In this document: one piece after another, positions 15,193 through 23,549 of the stretch
Numbering within the stretch: the stretch's first letter is position 1
Layout of the letters: each line of letters begins with the position of its first letter
IMG/VR virus record: IMGVR_UViG_2537561875_000003
Strand: one strand, 5' to 3'
Origin: a virus
Taxonomy: Duplodnaviria; Heunggongvirae; Uroviricota; Caudoviricetes
DNA length: 36,852 nucleotides
Translations under genes and position numbers: made by a program
Notes under the pieces: generated by a model
Database searches by the model: none
Told to the model about the DNA's origin: nothing
Seen by the model: the letters and a program-made list of their open reading frames with translations, nothing else

Positions 15193-17418
15193 TTAGCCTT
15201 TGATCAGCGCGTTATTAAGGGATGAAGCGATCATGTTTCCACCGACGGTGCTGGGGTGAAGATTATCAATGAAGCAGCCAAGTCCGTTCATTTCCGTCCA
15301 GGTATCGAACAGGTCATAAATGCTGAAAAATTCACAGTTCAGCGTCTGAGAGAGGTCGTACATTACATCACGGAAATCAACGAGCGGCGTTACCGCTGTG
15401 CCGTTGGTTCTCGGGGGAGCCATGAGGATGAAACCCACATCAGGCAACACAGCACGACAGGCAGCCATATAGGTTTGCAGCGCTGTGCGAAATGTCTGGG
15501 TCCCTGTCGAAATGCGGTAGTCGTTGTTACCGATGACGATAGCGATCACATCAGGCTGAATGGTGCTGAGATACGTTGCTATTTTGTCGGAAAACAGCAA
15601 AAACTGATCAGCGAGAATACCAGCATTACCGGCCTTACTCATCACGCAACCAGAGACACCAGATCGCCAGAAATAGAATCCATGTATGGCCACCCGCCCG
15701 GTGTTACCATCAGTCTTGGTATAAATCGTCCTGACCTCATCAGTCATCCCTGTCAGCAATACTGATTTAGTCGTGCCTGTATTTCCACACACAACAGTGG
15801 TCCACTGTGTCACTCCGCCAACGTCGTAGCCGTACTGAAAGGTGCCATTCAGGTCCTGATAATAAATACGGCAATCAGTACAGCGGACATTAGTCACGTT
15901 GAAATAGGCCGTGTTCGTGGTGGTGTTGATGGACTGGCCGTCAATGCCGCAACCATAAAGCGGGGCGCCGCTCGTTGGCGAGGCGTCATATAAATCCCAG
16001 CCGGCAGAGCGAAAGATATTTGAACCATCGCGCGATGCGCCATAGTTCACAGTTCGCCAGCCTAAACCAGCGTCACCATATTCAGCGCTCAGGACACTTG
16101 CAATAGCGGTCGCAAGTTCATTGTTCTGCGTCCAACTGTCACCTGTGAGAAGGAAATTAGGCTGCGTAGCCATCCCTGCCTTGAGTTGCGCTTTTTTCGC
16201 ACGCCAGCGCCACAATGTGCGGCCGTCGGTATGCAAAGGCATGTTGTAATATGCGGTATACATCCTGCGCTGGTAAGCACTGGCGAGTGAGGCGCTAATG
16301 TTTGGCCCCACTTCATACGTATCAAATTTCCCATCCTGAAACCAGAACAGTACATTATCAGCACCATCTGTCATGCCCGGAACGAATCCCGTCGATACAA
16401 GCGGGACCGCTTTATTAAGAGCTGGTGAAATAATGGAGTTAATATAGTTCCATATTTTCGCTTTCAAGCTTTCAGAAATTATGGAAACATCAAAACCATT
16501 ATCCCACCAAACCGGAACGTTATTGCTGGCATCAATAAACAGCGGGAAGAAAGAATTTGATACGTCATTAACAACCGAGTTCAGCGCATCCCCTAGTCGG
16601 GAGTGAACATCATCATAAATCATCTGATAGAGCTCAGATGAAATTCGTGATACCGCAAACCCATCATCCCACCACAAGGGAACGTTGTCAGCGCCATCAG
16701 TGAAGAACGGGAAATAGTTGTTTCCAACGTCAGCGCTGACAATAAATTTGCTGATGAAATCAAAAACTGCGTTTATAGCTTCCTGTGAGGGCATTTTCCG
16801 CCCGGTAGGCTGCAGCGTCCCGCCGTTATTGATGACTTCAATAGCCAGCGCACTATCATCGGGGCTACGGTAATACGCAGTTGATCCTACCGGTATGTTG
16901 CCAGCATCTGCGTCTGCCTGCGCCGCAGCCAGCGTCGGAAACTCGCGGATTGTCCCTGTTATGGCCGCTGTACCCGGCTGCTTCGCCTGCAATACGGCCA
17001 CGCCTGCTTTGTTTTGATACTGCCATGCAGCGGAAAGCGCATCTGGGCCCTGGGCTACCCAGAACGACTGGCCATCAGTAGTTGCTGCCAGCCCTGCAAT
17101 GGTGCCGTCCGGATCAGTTGGTGTTTTGTAAAAAGTGAACTTGTTTTTAGCGTAGTCGGAGGCGTTAGCTGCAGCGGCGGCAGCCTCTATTTTTGCTGCT
17201 TCAGCCTCTTCTGCAGATTGAGCGGCATTGGTTTCTGATGTAGCCGCGCTCTGCTTGGATAAAAGAGCTGATCCAGCTGCATCCTGGGCTTGCTGGGCGG
17301 CAGCACTAGTATCCTGATATCCTTTCTCAGCCTCCAGCATGTATTGTTTGGCTTCTGCGGCACTAACGGCGGCATCTGCTGCTAATTGAGCAGTTTTTTG
17401 CGTTTCGGTGATTGTCAT
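15193..17418 (-). CDS. Tail spike / receptor-binding protein with C-terminal SGNH (GDSL) esterase
   Basis: Ala-rich N-terminal coiled coil; PDGTIAGLAAT and FPTLAAAQADADAG adaptor motifs; SGNH blocks TGDSW, AGNAG, IGNND, DNLHP. Confidence 0.85.
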   Translation of the reverse strand: MTITETQKTAQLAADAAVSAAEAKQYMLEAEKGYQDTSAAAQQAQDAAGSALLSKQSAATSETNAAQSAEEAEAAKIEAAAAAANASDYAKNKFTFYKTPTDPDGTIAGLAATTDGQSFWVAQGPDALSAAWQYQNKAGVAVLQAKQPGTAAITGTIREFPTLAAAQADADAGNIPVGSTAYYRSPDDSALAIEVINNGGTLQPTGRKMPSQEAINAVFDFISKFIVSADVGNNYFPFFTDGADNVPLWWDDGFAVSRISSELYQMIYDDVHSRLGDALNSVVNDVSNSFFPLFIDASNNVPVWWDNGFDVSIISESLKAKIWNYINSIISPALNKAVPLVSTGFVPGMTDGADNVLFWFQDGKFDTYEVGPNISASLASAYQRRMYTAYYNMPLHTDGRTLWRWRAKKAQLKAGMATQPNFLLTGDSWTQNNELATAIASVLSAEYGDAGLGWRTVNYGASRDGSNIFRSAGWDLYDASPTSGAPLYGCGIDGQSINTTTNTAYFNVTNVRCTDCRIYYQDLNGTFQYGYDVGGVTQWTTVVCGNTGTTKSVLLTGMTDEVRTIYTKTDGNTGRVAIHGFYFWRSGVSGCVMSKAGNAGILADQFLLFSDKIATYLSTIQPDVIAIVIGNNDYRISTGTQTFRTALQTYMAACRAVLPDVGFILMAPPRTNGTAVTPLVDFRDVMYDLSQTLNCEFFSIYDLFDTWTEMNGLGCFIDNLHPSTVGGNMIASSLNNALIKG

Positions 17419-17427
17419 TTTTTATTC

Positions 17428-18471
17428 TCATGAATATTCATAAATTATCACGATGCCTTCTTTCCCCCGGGCGCCATTCACTGCCGGAGAGGATGGTCCT
17501 TGTGAAGAACCAGATGCGCCTGAACCATATGCCTGTCCATCAATAGCCGGGTCTCCAAATGATGGCACCCATCCCCCGCCTCCAAAAACGCTACTTGCCC
17601 CAGGTGAGCCGAGAAATGACTGGGTCGCGTTAGCGTATGCAGGTGTAGATGGGGCTCCTGGAGAACCTATGATATTGGCTCCGGACGGGGCACTTGATGC
17701 GACATTACCCTGAGGAAGAAAAGGTGGATTTGCTGGTCCGGCAGATGGCCCTCTTGTTCCACCAGGCGCAACCATCAGCGATCCAAATGAGCTTGAGCCA
17801 CCAACAGAGCCAACCGGAGATGCTGCGGTCCCTCCCTGTCCGCCAGCGCCAACAACGATGCTAATGCTGGTGAAATTTATTGAAAATCTACCCTTAGCAT
17901 ATGACCCGGCCCCACCACCTGAAACTATTGACACCTGCCCCGCTCCAGTGGCTGGGGCAGCGTCGCTCCCTCCACCACCGCCAACCATTTCAACAACAAC
18001 TGACTTGGTACCAGGGGTCGGCGTATAGGTGCCGGATGATAAAAATGTCTGCACGTTCAGGAGTCGTCCGGATGAATAATTAATCCATCCAATCCCGCCA
18101 GCATCAGGATTTGTCGTGTTATTTTCGATAGTGCTTTGCCAGAACCCATCCCTGGCTGAATTGATAAGAATCGCGCCTTTTGGGTATCCACCGATAGCTG
18201 CAGAAAATGCAGAGTCGAATGTATAGAAACCTCCTGCTTGCTCCCATTGAAGGCGAGTATAGGCATCATTAAAAATCCCATTAAAATCCTGCCCTTTTGG
18301 CGGCTTACCGCCAGCAGATAGAGCGATGCGGGTCAGCGGAGGAAATCCTGAGTCCATCGCCGCAAGGCCATTGGCCAACGTTTCAGAGGTGGAATTGACC
18401 GGGATCGTGTTTTTGTCGCCACTCGCAGAAAAAACAACCGTCAGACGCGACGGCATGGCTGAATTGTTCAA
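17428..18471 (-). CDS. Tail fibre protein with glycine-rich C-terminal domain
   Basis: N-terminal GFPPLT..GGKPPKGQDFNGIF..GYPKGA baseplate anchor; YTPTPGTKSVVVEMVGGGGG..GKEGIVIIYEY Gly-rich domain. Confidence 0.8.
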   Translation of the reverse strand: MNNSAMPSRLTVVFSASGDKNTIPVNSTSETLANGLAAMDSGFPPLTRIALSAGGKPPKGQDFNGIFNDAYTRLQWEQAGGFYTFDSAFSAAIGGYPKGAILINSARDGFWQSTIENNTTNPDAGGIGWINYSSGRLLNVQTFLSSGTYTPTPGTKSVVVEMVGGGGGSDAAPATGAGQVSIVSGGGAGSYAKGRFSINFTSISIVVGAGGQGGTAASPVGSVGGSSSFGSLMVAPGGTRGPSAGPANPPFLPQGNVASSAPSGANIIGSPGAPSTPAYANATQSFLGSPGASSVFGGGGWVPSFGDPAIDGQAYGSGASGSSQGPSSPAVNGARGKEGIVIIYEYS

Positions 18472-18472
18472 T

Positions 18473-19060
18473 TCAGACCTCCTGAACGATGTTTACTTTT
18501 ACCCCAGGCGGGGAAGGAAGCGCGCCCGAGCTTTGCACTATGGCCAGCTCAGATTCGGAAAGTTGAAATTCGAATACGTAGCTCATGACATGGTTGCCAT
18601 CATCACGCACGTAAGCTCGCCCGCTGGAGCCGAACATGTACATCAGCATGCGATTCATGATCGGCACGGTGCAGTCGCTGATGTTAGCCATCGCTTTGCA
18701 CATGATCAGCTTGCGGTATGCATCATTGGTCAGGACCACTGTGTTCGTGTCCTGTACGCCGGTATAGAAAGGCGCCTGGTTAAAGGGTTGCGGGTCGGTG
18801 AGTTCTGCCGGGGTGCTGGTCGCTTCGCCAAACCCCAGAAACTGCTGGGATGGCGTCACAGTCAGCAAACGCTCTACATCAACGATTTTACCCCAGCACA
18901 TCAGCCCGTAATCGCCGCAGGTCTCGATGTTGAATACGAGGTCATAGAACGTGTCTATCCAGTCCTCTGGCGCTACAGAAGCGTTAAAGGTGTCAATCAG
19001 TGACCGCAGGCTGGTTGAGTTCACGTACTGCGCGTAGATCGTCCAGTCAACATTATTCAC
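18473..19060 (-). CDS. DUF2612 baseplate wedge protein
   Basis: NIETCGDYGLMCWGKIV..LTNDAYRKLIMCKAMANI..PPGV; follows baseplate J; GTG start. Confidence 0.82.
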   Translation of the reverse strand: MNNVDWTIYAQYVNSTSLRSLIDTFNASVAPEDWIDTFYDLVFNIETCGDYGLMCWGKIVDVERLLTVTPSQQFLGFGEATSTPAELTDPQPFNQAPFYTGVQDTNTVVLTNDAYRKLIMCKAMANISDCTVPIMNRMLMYMFGSSGRAYVRDDGNHVMSYVFEFQLSESELAIVQSSGALPSPPGVKVNIVQEV

Positions 19061-20285
19061 TTACCGCCTCCGTTATGATGTTTGTCGTATCGAGGGTCGG
19101 TTCCTGATCAATGCCCATGGTCAGCGCACTAGACCATGTTGTTCCGTTCAGAGATATCTGGACCGAAAGAACGTTCATGTTCTGTGCATCAAGCGCCTGA
19201 ATGGGTCCGATATAGCGGCTGCCATAAATTCGCGCGCCGGCACGCGCCCGGGTACCGCCATCTGCGCCGGTGAAGGCATTCAGGACGACCGCTCTGATCT
19301 GCACGTTGATATCTGACGGAAGGCCATCATTCGCTTCGTATTCCACCTTGATATGAACGCTCACCGCATCCAGCGTTTTCCACCTGTAGGTGTACTCCGG
19401 ATAAGGGGCGTCATAATTTTCGGTATCCTGCACGGTTCCGGTGGTGTCACCGTTCATAACGGTGCCCGGGGGGAGTTTTTTATTGATGGCCGCTGCAATC
19501 TCAGCCACTGCCCCGCCATAAACCCCGATATAAATCGAGCTGGCAAGCAGCGTGTAATTCGTGGAACCTTTTTCGACAGAAGTCGGCTCTTTGTTGTCGA
19601 TCACATAAACATCAAGCACCCCATCGACTTCCAGGACAGCAGCCCGCACAGCCGCTGCCGTGTTGAAGGCGTTACGTGCCACTGACTGGCGACGGCGATA
19701 CTCAAATGCAGATCGCCCTTCAACATTCGAGCCCGGTACACCCGCGGTCTCGTTGGTGATACTCGACCAGCCACTTACCGCGACATAGATGTTTGTCAGC
19801 GTACCAATGGGGCAAGCTATCGGCCCGGTAGTCAGGTTCTGGAACTCGATCTTTACCGTCCCGTCTGCGCCTATCGTTCCGGCCGCCAGGGACACGTACA
19901 TATAACCGTTGTCGTCGGTTGCATAGGACTGTGCCGGGATCACCGTTCCCGGTACGCCGGAGCATGTGGCCGTTACAACCGTACCCGCAGCAGCAATGCG
20001 ATCGAGGAAGTAAATCCTGCCGATGCCATCCTGAAACCTGCCGGAGGAAAAGTCCGGGTTCATGTTGTTTACGATGGCCAGAAGCTGATCGTTCTTGTCT
20101 GCAATGATTGCAGTATCAGTGACAGCCAGTTGCCCCTGCGGCGTCTTGAGGTTCGTGCTCATCGCCGTCCCGAATGCAGAACCAATATCTGCTATACGCC
20201 CGGCAAGAATGTCTCCCTCATCTGGAACATCAAGGCCAGTGGTGGAAAATGTCACGGCCGGTACTGCCGTAGAGATTGTCGTCAT
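19053..20285 (-). CDS. Baseplate J-like protein
   Basis: TPQGQL, GRFQDGIGRIY, EGRSAFEYRR, VDGVLDVYVIDN; start reassigned to ATG 20285. Confidence 0.88.
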   Translation of the reverse strand: MTTISTAVPAVTFSTTGLDVPDEGDILAGRIADIGSAFGTAMSTNLKTPQGQLAVTDTAIIADKNDQLLAIVNNMNPDFSSGRFQDGIGRIYFLDRIAAAGTVVTATCSGVPGTVIPAQSYATDDNGYMYVSLAAGTIGADGTVKIEFQNLTTGPIACPIGTLTNIYVAVSGWSSITNETAGVPGSNVEGRSAFEYRRRQSVARNAFNTAAAVRAAVLEVDGVLDVYVIDNKEPTSVEKGSTNYTLLASSIYIGVYGGAVAEIAAAINKKLPPGTVMNGDTTGTVQDTENYDAPYPEYTYRWKTLDAVSVHIKVEYEANDGLPSDINVQIRAVVLNAFTGADGGTRARAGARIYGSRYIGPIQALDAQNMNVLSVQISLNGTTWSSALTMGIDQEPTLDTTNIITEAVSE

Positions 20286-20292
20286 TTTTTCC

Positions 20293-20649
20293 TCACAGGG
20301 TGACGCTGGAATCCAGGCCGTTGGTATCCACGATCGCAATAACGCCGGTAGTGCGGCGCGTATCTCGGTTGTTAATCAGCGTCGGCTCAGCGCGTGCGAT
20401 ATAGCTCATCCGCAACGCTTCAACCTGAAGCGCGGCCGCCATGGCGCCAGTGCTGGCCTTAACGTTCAGCAGCTCTTTGTAATTAACGCCGGTATCTTTT
20501 TCGTAAATGCATTCACCGCGTATAGCCAGGCATGCCGTCGCTACGTCCTGAGCGCAGGCGTAGGGGTTTTCTACCGTGGCGATATTACCCAGCTCATCAA
20601 GGACAAGGTCCCAGGTTTCGGGATCGAGTTTGAGAGAGATTGTTTTCAT
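20293..20649 (-). CDS. gp25/W-like baseplate wedge protein
   Basis: LDPETWDLVLDELGNIA..AQDVATAC..RGECIY; position before J. Confidence 0.7.
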   Translation of the reverse strand: MKTISLKLDPETWDLVLDELGNIATVENPYACAQDVATACLAIRGECIYEKDTGVNYKELLNVKASTGAMAAALQVEALRMSYIARAEPTLINNRDTRRTTGVIAIVDTNGLDSSVTL

Positions 20650-20662
20650 GGATTTCGCCCAT

Positions 20663-20688
20663 AAAAAAACCCCGCCGAAGCGAGGTTT
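20663..20688 (-). terminator. Rho-independent terminator ending the antirepressor cassette
   Basis: AAACCTCGC-TTCG-GCGGGGTTT with a T tract. Confidence 0.8.
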
Positions 20689-20732
20689 GGTTTTCGAAGC
20701 ACTAATTAGTGCTTAGATTTATTATCAGATAG

Positions 20733-21485
20733 TTAGGCTACATCTGCGCCATGGATCAGGTGGCGCAATGCCTTTACACCTTCTGCATTGTAGCGGAACG
20801 CCTCAACCTGCTTATCTGAGTGTCTCGACTTATCCAGAAAGAACTTGCCGTACTGCTCTGTTTTCAGATTGTGTTTATTAGCCACACGACCGATCTTGTT
20901 CGCAGTGCAACCGAGCTGCGCCGCCACTTCACCCGCCGTATAGTAATGCTCTTCAATCGCCGGCAGTGGCACAACTTCATGACCGAGAAGTGGGTTAACG
21001 AGAGTGGCGACGATCACCTGGTTAGCCGATTCACCAAGCCGAGGGAACATTGACATCAGCTCGCGGGCCGATGCGATGTTTTTCTCCAGCGCCTGAGCTT
21101 TGAGTTGTTCAGCTTTGGCAAGCCGATATTCAGTAAGCCCTGAGGTGCTTTTGGTCGGCACCTGGATAGCCTGCATGTCTTCCAGCTTATCAACCAAAGA
21201 GCGGCGAACGGCTTTAGACTCACGGGCCGCCACGCGAAGGGCCTGCTTGATCGTCATGTCAATTACCTCAACAGGACGGCCGCCATTAGTGCCGGAGGGT
21301 TTTACACTTTTTGTGTAAAACTCCCCATCAAGTTCGTCGACTACTTTTTCAATGAACTTATTGTTGCGTACCTCTGGCTCCCCGCACTGCTTGCGAGCCT
21401 GATTGACCATCATCAGCAAAGACTGGCTGTCAATGGTTTTATCGGTGACAACACTGCTTTTTGGTGCTAAATTTAATGAAGTCAT
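20733..21485 (-). CDS. Putative phage antirepressor / Rha-like DNA-binding protein
   Basis: IDSQSLL..RNNKFIEK..GGRPVEVIDMTIKQALRVAARESKAVRRSLVD is a Rha/KilA-like N-terminus; C-terminal YTAGEVAAQLG helix motif. Confidence 0.55.
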   Translation of the reverse strand: MTSLNLAPKSSVVTDKTIDSQSLLMMVNQARKQCGEPEVRNNKFIEKVVDELDGEFYTKSVKPSGTNGGRPVEVIDMTIKQALRVAARESKAVRRSLVDKLEDMQAIQVPTKSTSGLTEYRLAKAEQLKAQALEKNIASARELMSMFPRLGESANQVIVATLVNPLLGHEVVPLPAIEEHYYTAGEVAAQLGCTANKIGRVANKHNLKTEQYGKFFLDKSRHSDKQVEAFRYNAEGVKALRHLIHGADVA

Positions 21486-21548
21486 TGGTTGGACCCTTAT
21501 GACAGATTTATGGATGGCCGGTAGCTCGTAACTACCGGCTTTTCTATT
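21480..21548 (+). ncRNA. Candidate sar-like antisense RNA against the 20733-21485 gene
   Basis: Extended -10 TGC-TAAATT (21465-21473), 5' hairpin GTCAT..ATGAC, terminator GCCGGTAG/CTACCGGC plus TTTTCTATTT. Confidence 0.45.
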
Positions 21549-21554
21549 TATGCA

Positions 21555-22190
21555 TCACTGCAACATCTCCTGACGCAGGTGTGGTAATACCCTGCTCCAG
21601 TTATCATCCTTCCATGGGTGAAATTCGATATGCGCCGTCTCGCGCTTAATCACTTCTCTTGCCTTGTTAATCGATCGTGGCAATTCCTGCCCGATTGAAT
21701 GAAAATGCCCAGCTTGGCGATGCCCAGCCACTTTCAACAACGGAGTGACGCTATCGCAGGCCTTGAGCATGATGTCGCTGGCACGCCATAACCATGCCAA
21801 AGAGCAAAGCTCATCATCACTGAACTGCTTCGCAATCGGCGAATGCGCCACTTCCCGATCCAGAATATCCAGAACCCAGCGGCGAAACTCTTTGGCTACC
21901 GGAGTGCGGGCAAACATTGCGATAAGATGGGCACCGCGCATAGAGAAGACGCGAACTTTCATCCTGCGGGTAGAGCCATTTATTCCATTGGTCACTGATT
22001 CAATGACCATTGTCATACCCTGAGAGAACTCATCTTCGTACTGAGCGAAGAGGTTAGAAATTGACTTGGTGCTTTTGTAACCGAGAGCCTTCGCAATATC
22101 TGCAGATGTCAGCCAGACACCTGTGACATTTTCTACCGGATTAAGCGTTACACCATGGAAGTTGAAATCTGATTTAGCTACAATGTTCAT
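21555..22190 (-). CDS. Antirepressor: Bro-N plus P22 Ant C-terminal-like domain
   Basis: FNFHGVTL..VWLTSADIAKALGY..RVFSMRGAHLIAMFARTPVAKEFRRWVLDIL, then FSDDELCSLAWLW; AAGGA RBS before ATG 22190. Confidence 0.82.
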   Translation of the reverse strand: MNIVAKSDFNFHGVTLNPVENVTGVWLTSADIAKALGYKSTKSISNLFAQYEDEFSQGMTMVIESVTNGINGSTRRMKVRVFSMRGAHLIAMFARTPVAKEFRRWVLDILDREVAHSPIAKQFSDDELCSLAWLWRASDIMLKACDSVTPLLKVAGHRQAGHFHSIGQELPRSINKAREVIKRETAHIEFHPWKDDNWSRVLPHLRQEMLQ

Positions 22191-22265
22191 GTCGATATTT
22201 CCTTCGCGGTTATTTTCGATAGAGGCCCGGATAGTGTTAGCGCACTTCCGGGCTTCGCTGTTTTT
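22191..22265 (+). ncRNA. sar-like antisense RNA covering the antirepressor RBS
   Basis: -10 TACAAT (22179-22184) inside the ant 5' end; ends in GAGGCCCGGA-T-AGTG/CACT-TCCGGGCTTC hairpin plus TTTTT; same layout as P22 sar. Confidence 0.6.
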
Positions 22266-22437
22266 AGCGACCATTCGCCACCTCTTCCCTCACGCCTTTT
22301 GCCAGCAAACGAACAATCGCCGAATTAAGAGAAATACAGTCCATTTCAGCTAGGCGGCGAACTTCCTCGTTTAGTCGTGATGGAAGACGTAGGTTGATTT
22401 TGATGTTTTTGCGCTCAGTGAAAAGTGTATCTTGCAT
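22264..22437 (-). CDS. Arc-like ribbon-helix-helix repressor (57 aa, missing from ORF track)
   Basis: Hand translated MQDTLFTERKNIKINLRLPSRLNEEVRRLAEMDCISLNSAIVRLLAKGVREEVANGR*; AAGGAG RBS. Confidence 0.85.
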   Translation of the reverse strand: MQDTLFTERKNIKINLRLPSRLNEEVRRLAEMDCISLNSAIVRLLAKGVREEVANGR

Positions 22438-22455
22438 TATCTAATCTCCTTTATT

Positions 22456-22521
22456 TGGTGCCAGAGTGACGCCATGTAGGCCACTATGCCACCATTGAAA
22501 TCGTATGGCAATATGGCACCA
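22456..22521. promoter_or_regulatory. Divergent promoter/operator region between the two RHH genes
   Basis: Minus-strand TTGCCA-17-CATAGT; GCCA/TGGC half-sites at 22460, 22471, 22480, 22488, 22506, 22514; flanking inverted repeat TGGTGCCA/TGGCACCA. Confidence 0.55.
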
Positions 22522-22544
22522 TGATTTTTTTTGAGGGATTTGCA

Positions 22545-22907
22545 ATGGCCGAAAAACAAGTAAAAGACTACGACAAGTTCAACCTTCGCTTTCCTGATGG
22601 TATGCGCGACGCCATAGCTGCGCGGGCCAAGCGCAACGGAAGGTCTATGAACTCTGAGATTGTCCAGATCCTTCAAGATGCGCTGGAGACAGAAAAGCTG
22701 ATAGCTGAAAGCGACATTGTCGATTTTGATTCAACTCAGGCGGCCTTGGATTCAAAATCCACGCCAGAGGAAAAAGCCGCGTTTCTCGCTGAGCTTGAAA
22801 AAAGAGACCCCTTTACCGCTGCAATTCTTCGTGAGGGAGAGGAACATAACAGAAGGCTTGCTGCAATCCTTGGGAAGCGCATGGGTTATCTTGACAACGA
22901 TAAATAG
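22545..22907 (+). CDS. Mnt/Arc-family ribbon-helix-helix repressor with C-terminal extension
   Basis: KFNLRFPDGMRDAIAARAKRNGRSMNSEIVQIL; ATG 22545 after GAGGGA. Confidence 0.9.
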   Translation: MAEKQVKDYDKFNLRFPDGMRDAIAARAKRNGRSMNSEIVQILQDALETEKLIAESDIVDFDSTQAALDSKSTPEEKAAFLAELEKRDPFTAAILREGEEHNRRLAAILGKRMGYLDNDK

Positions 22908-22924
22908 CAAAACCTCTGGAGAAC

Positions 22925-23131
22925 ATGATGGAATGGATTATTGGCGTAATCGTAATAGTGTTTCTCGTTAACCTTTTCAAACCAAGGCGTTGCGATGTAT
23001 GCGGCACAGGTTTTAAACGTAACTACTACACCTGGAAGATCGACGGCAAAAAGCAACACCTTTGCCCGAACTGCAATAGCAAAATGAAAAAAAGAAAAAG
23101 TGACATCAGCTTTAAAGACAGATTCGGCTGA
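22925..23131 (+). CDS. Small membrane-anchored zinc-finger protein (68 aa)
   Basis: N-terminal hydrophobic helix, CDVC..CPNC, basic tail; GGAGA RBS. Confidence 0.7.
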   Translation: MMEWIIGVIVIVFLVNLFKPRRCDVCGTGFKRNYYTWKIDGKKQHLCPNCNSKMKKRKSDISFKDRFG

Positions 23132-23157
23132 GGAGGTGCCCACACACGTGGGCATCA

Positions 23158-23538
23158 TCAATCGTGCATAGCTCCGAAAAGCAAAGCAACAGCCACAATA
23201 CCTCCTATGAGAATCAGCACCCGATCCCAAGCAATTTGAGTGCCGTTGTATTTTGGCTCTGGTAATACCATCGGGGTAATCTCACTCCCGCAATGCTTGC
23301 ACTTCGTAGCCTGATACTTCACTGGCTCTGCACAGTAGGGGCAGTCCCTCATTGGGCCCTTAGAATCAGCTACGGCAGCGCCAGAAGAATTAAGCGAGGG
23401 GACGAAAAGAACGTGAATAATTGCAACGATGAAAAGCAAGAATCCATAGAGCCACCAACCGCCGAAAGATCGCCCCTTACTTTGCGCAATGAACGCAGGT
23501 ATTAATCCCAACAATGCTGCAATAACTAAAAACGACAT
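23158..23538 (-). CDS. Membrane protein with zinc ribbon (126 aa)
   Basis: Two N-terminal TM segments (IPAFIAQSKGRSFGGWWLYG), CPYC..CKHC, C-terminal TM. Confidence 0.8.
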   Translation of the reverse strand: MSFLVIAALLGLIPAFIAQSKGRSFGGWWLYGFLLFIVAIIHVLFVPSLNSSGAAVADSKGPMRDCPYCAEPVKYQATKCKHCGSEITPMVLPEPKYNGTQIAWDRVLILIGGIVAVALLFGAMHD

Positions 23539-23549
23539 TTTTATTCCCT

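Noticed and set aside
18326-19003. 225-aa plus-strand ORF
   Set aside because: Lies antisense to DUF2612 and the fibre start; shadow ORF.
22191-22274. N-terminal extension of the Bro-N antirepressor to ATG 22274
   Set aside because: Runs through the sar-like hairpin; the RBS supports ATG 22190.
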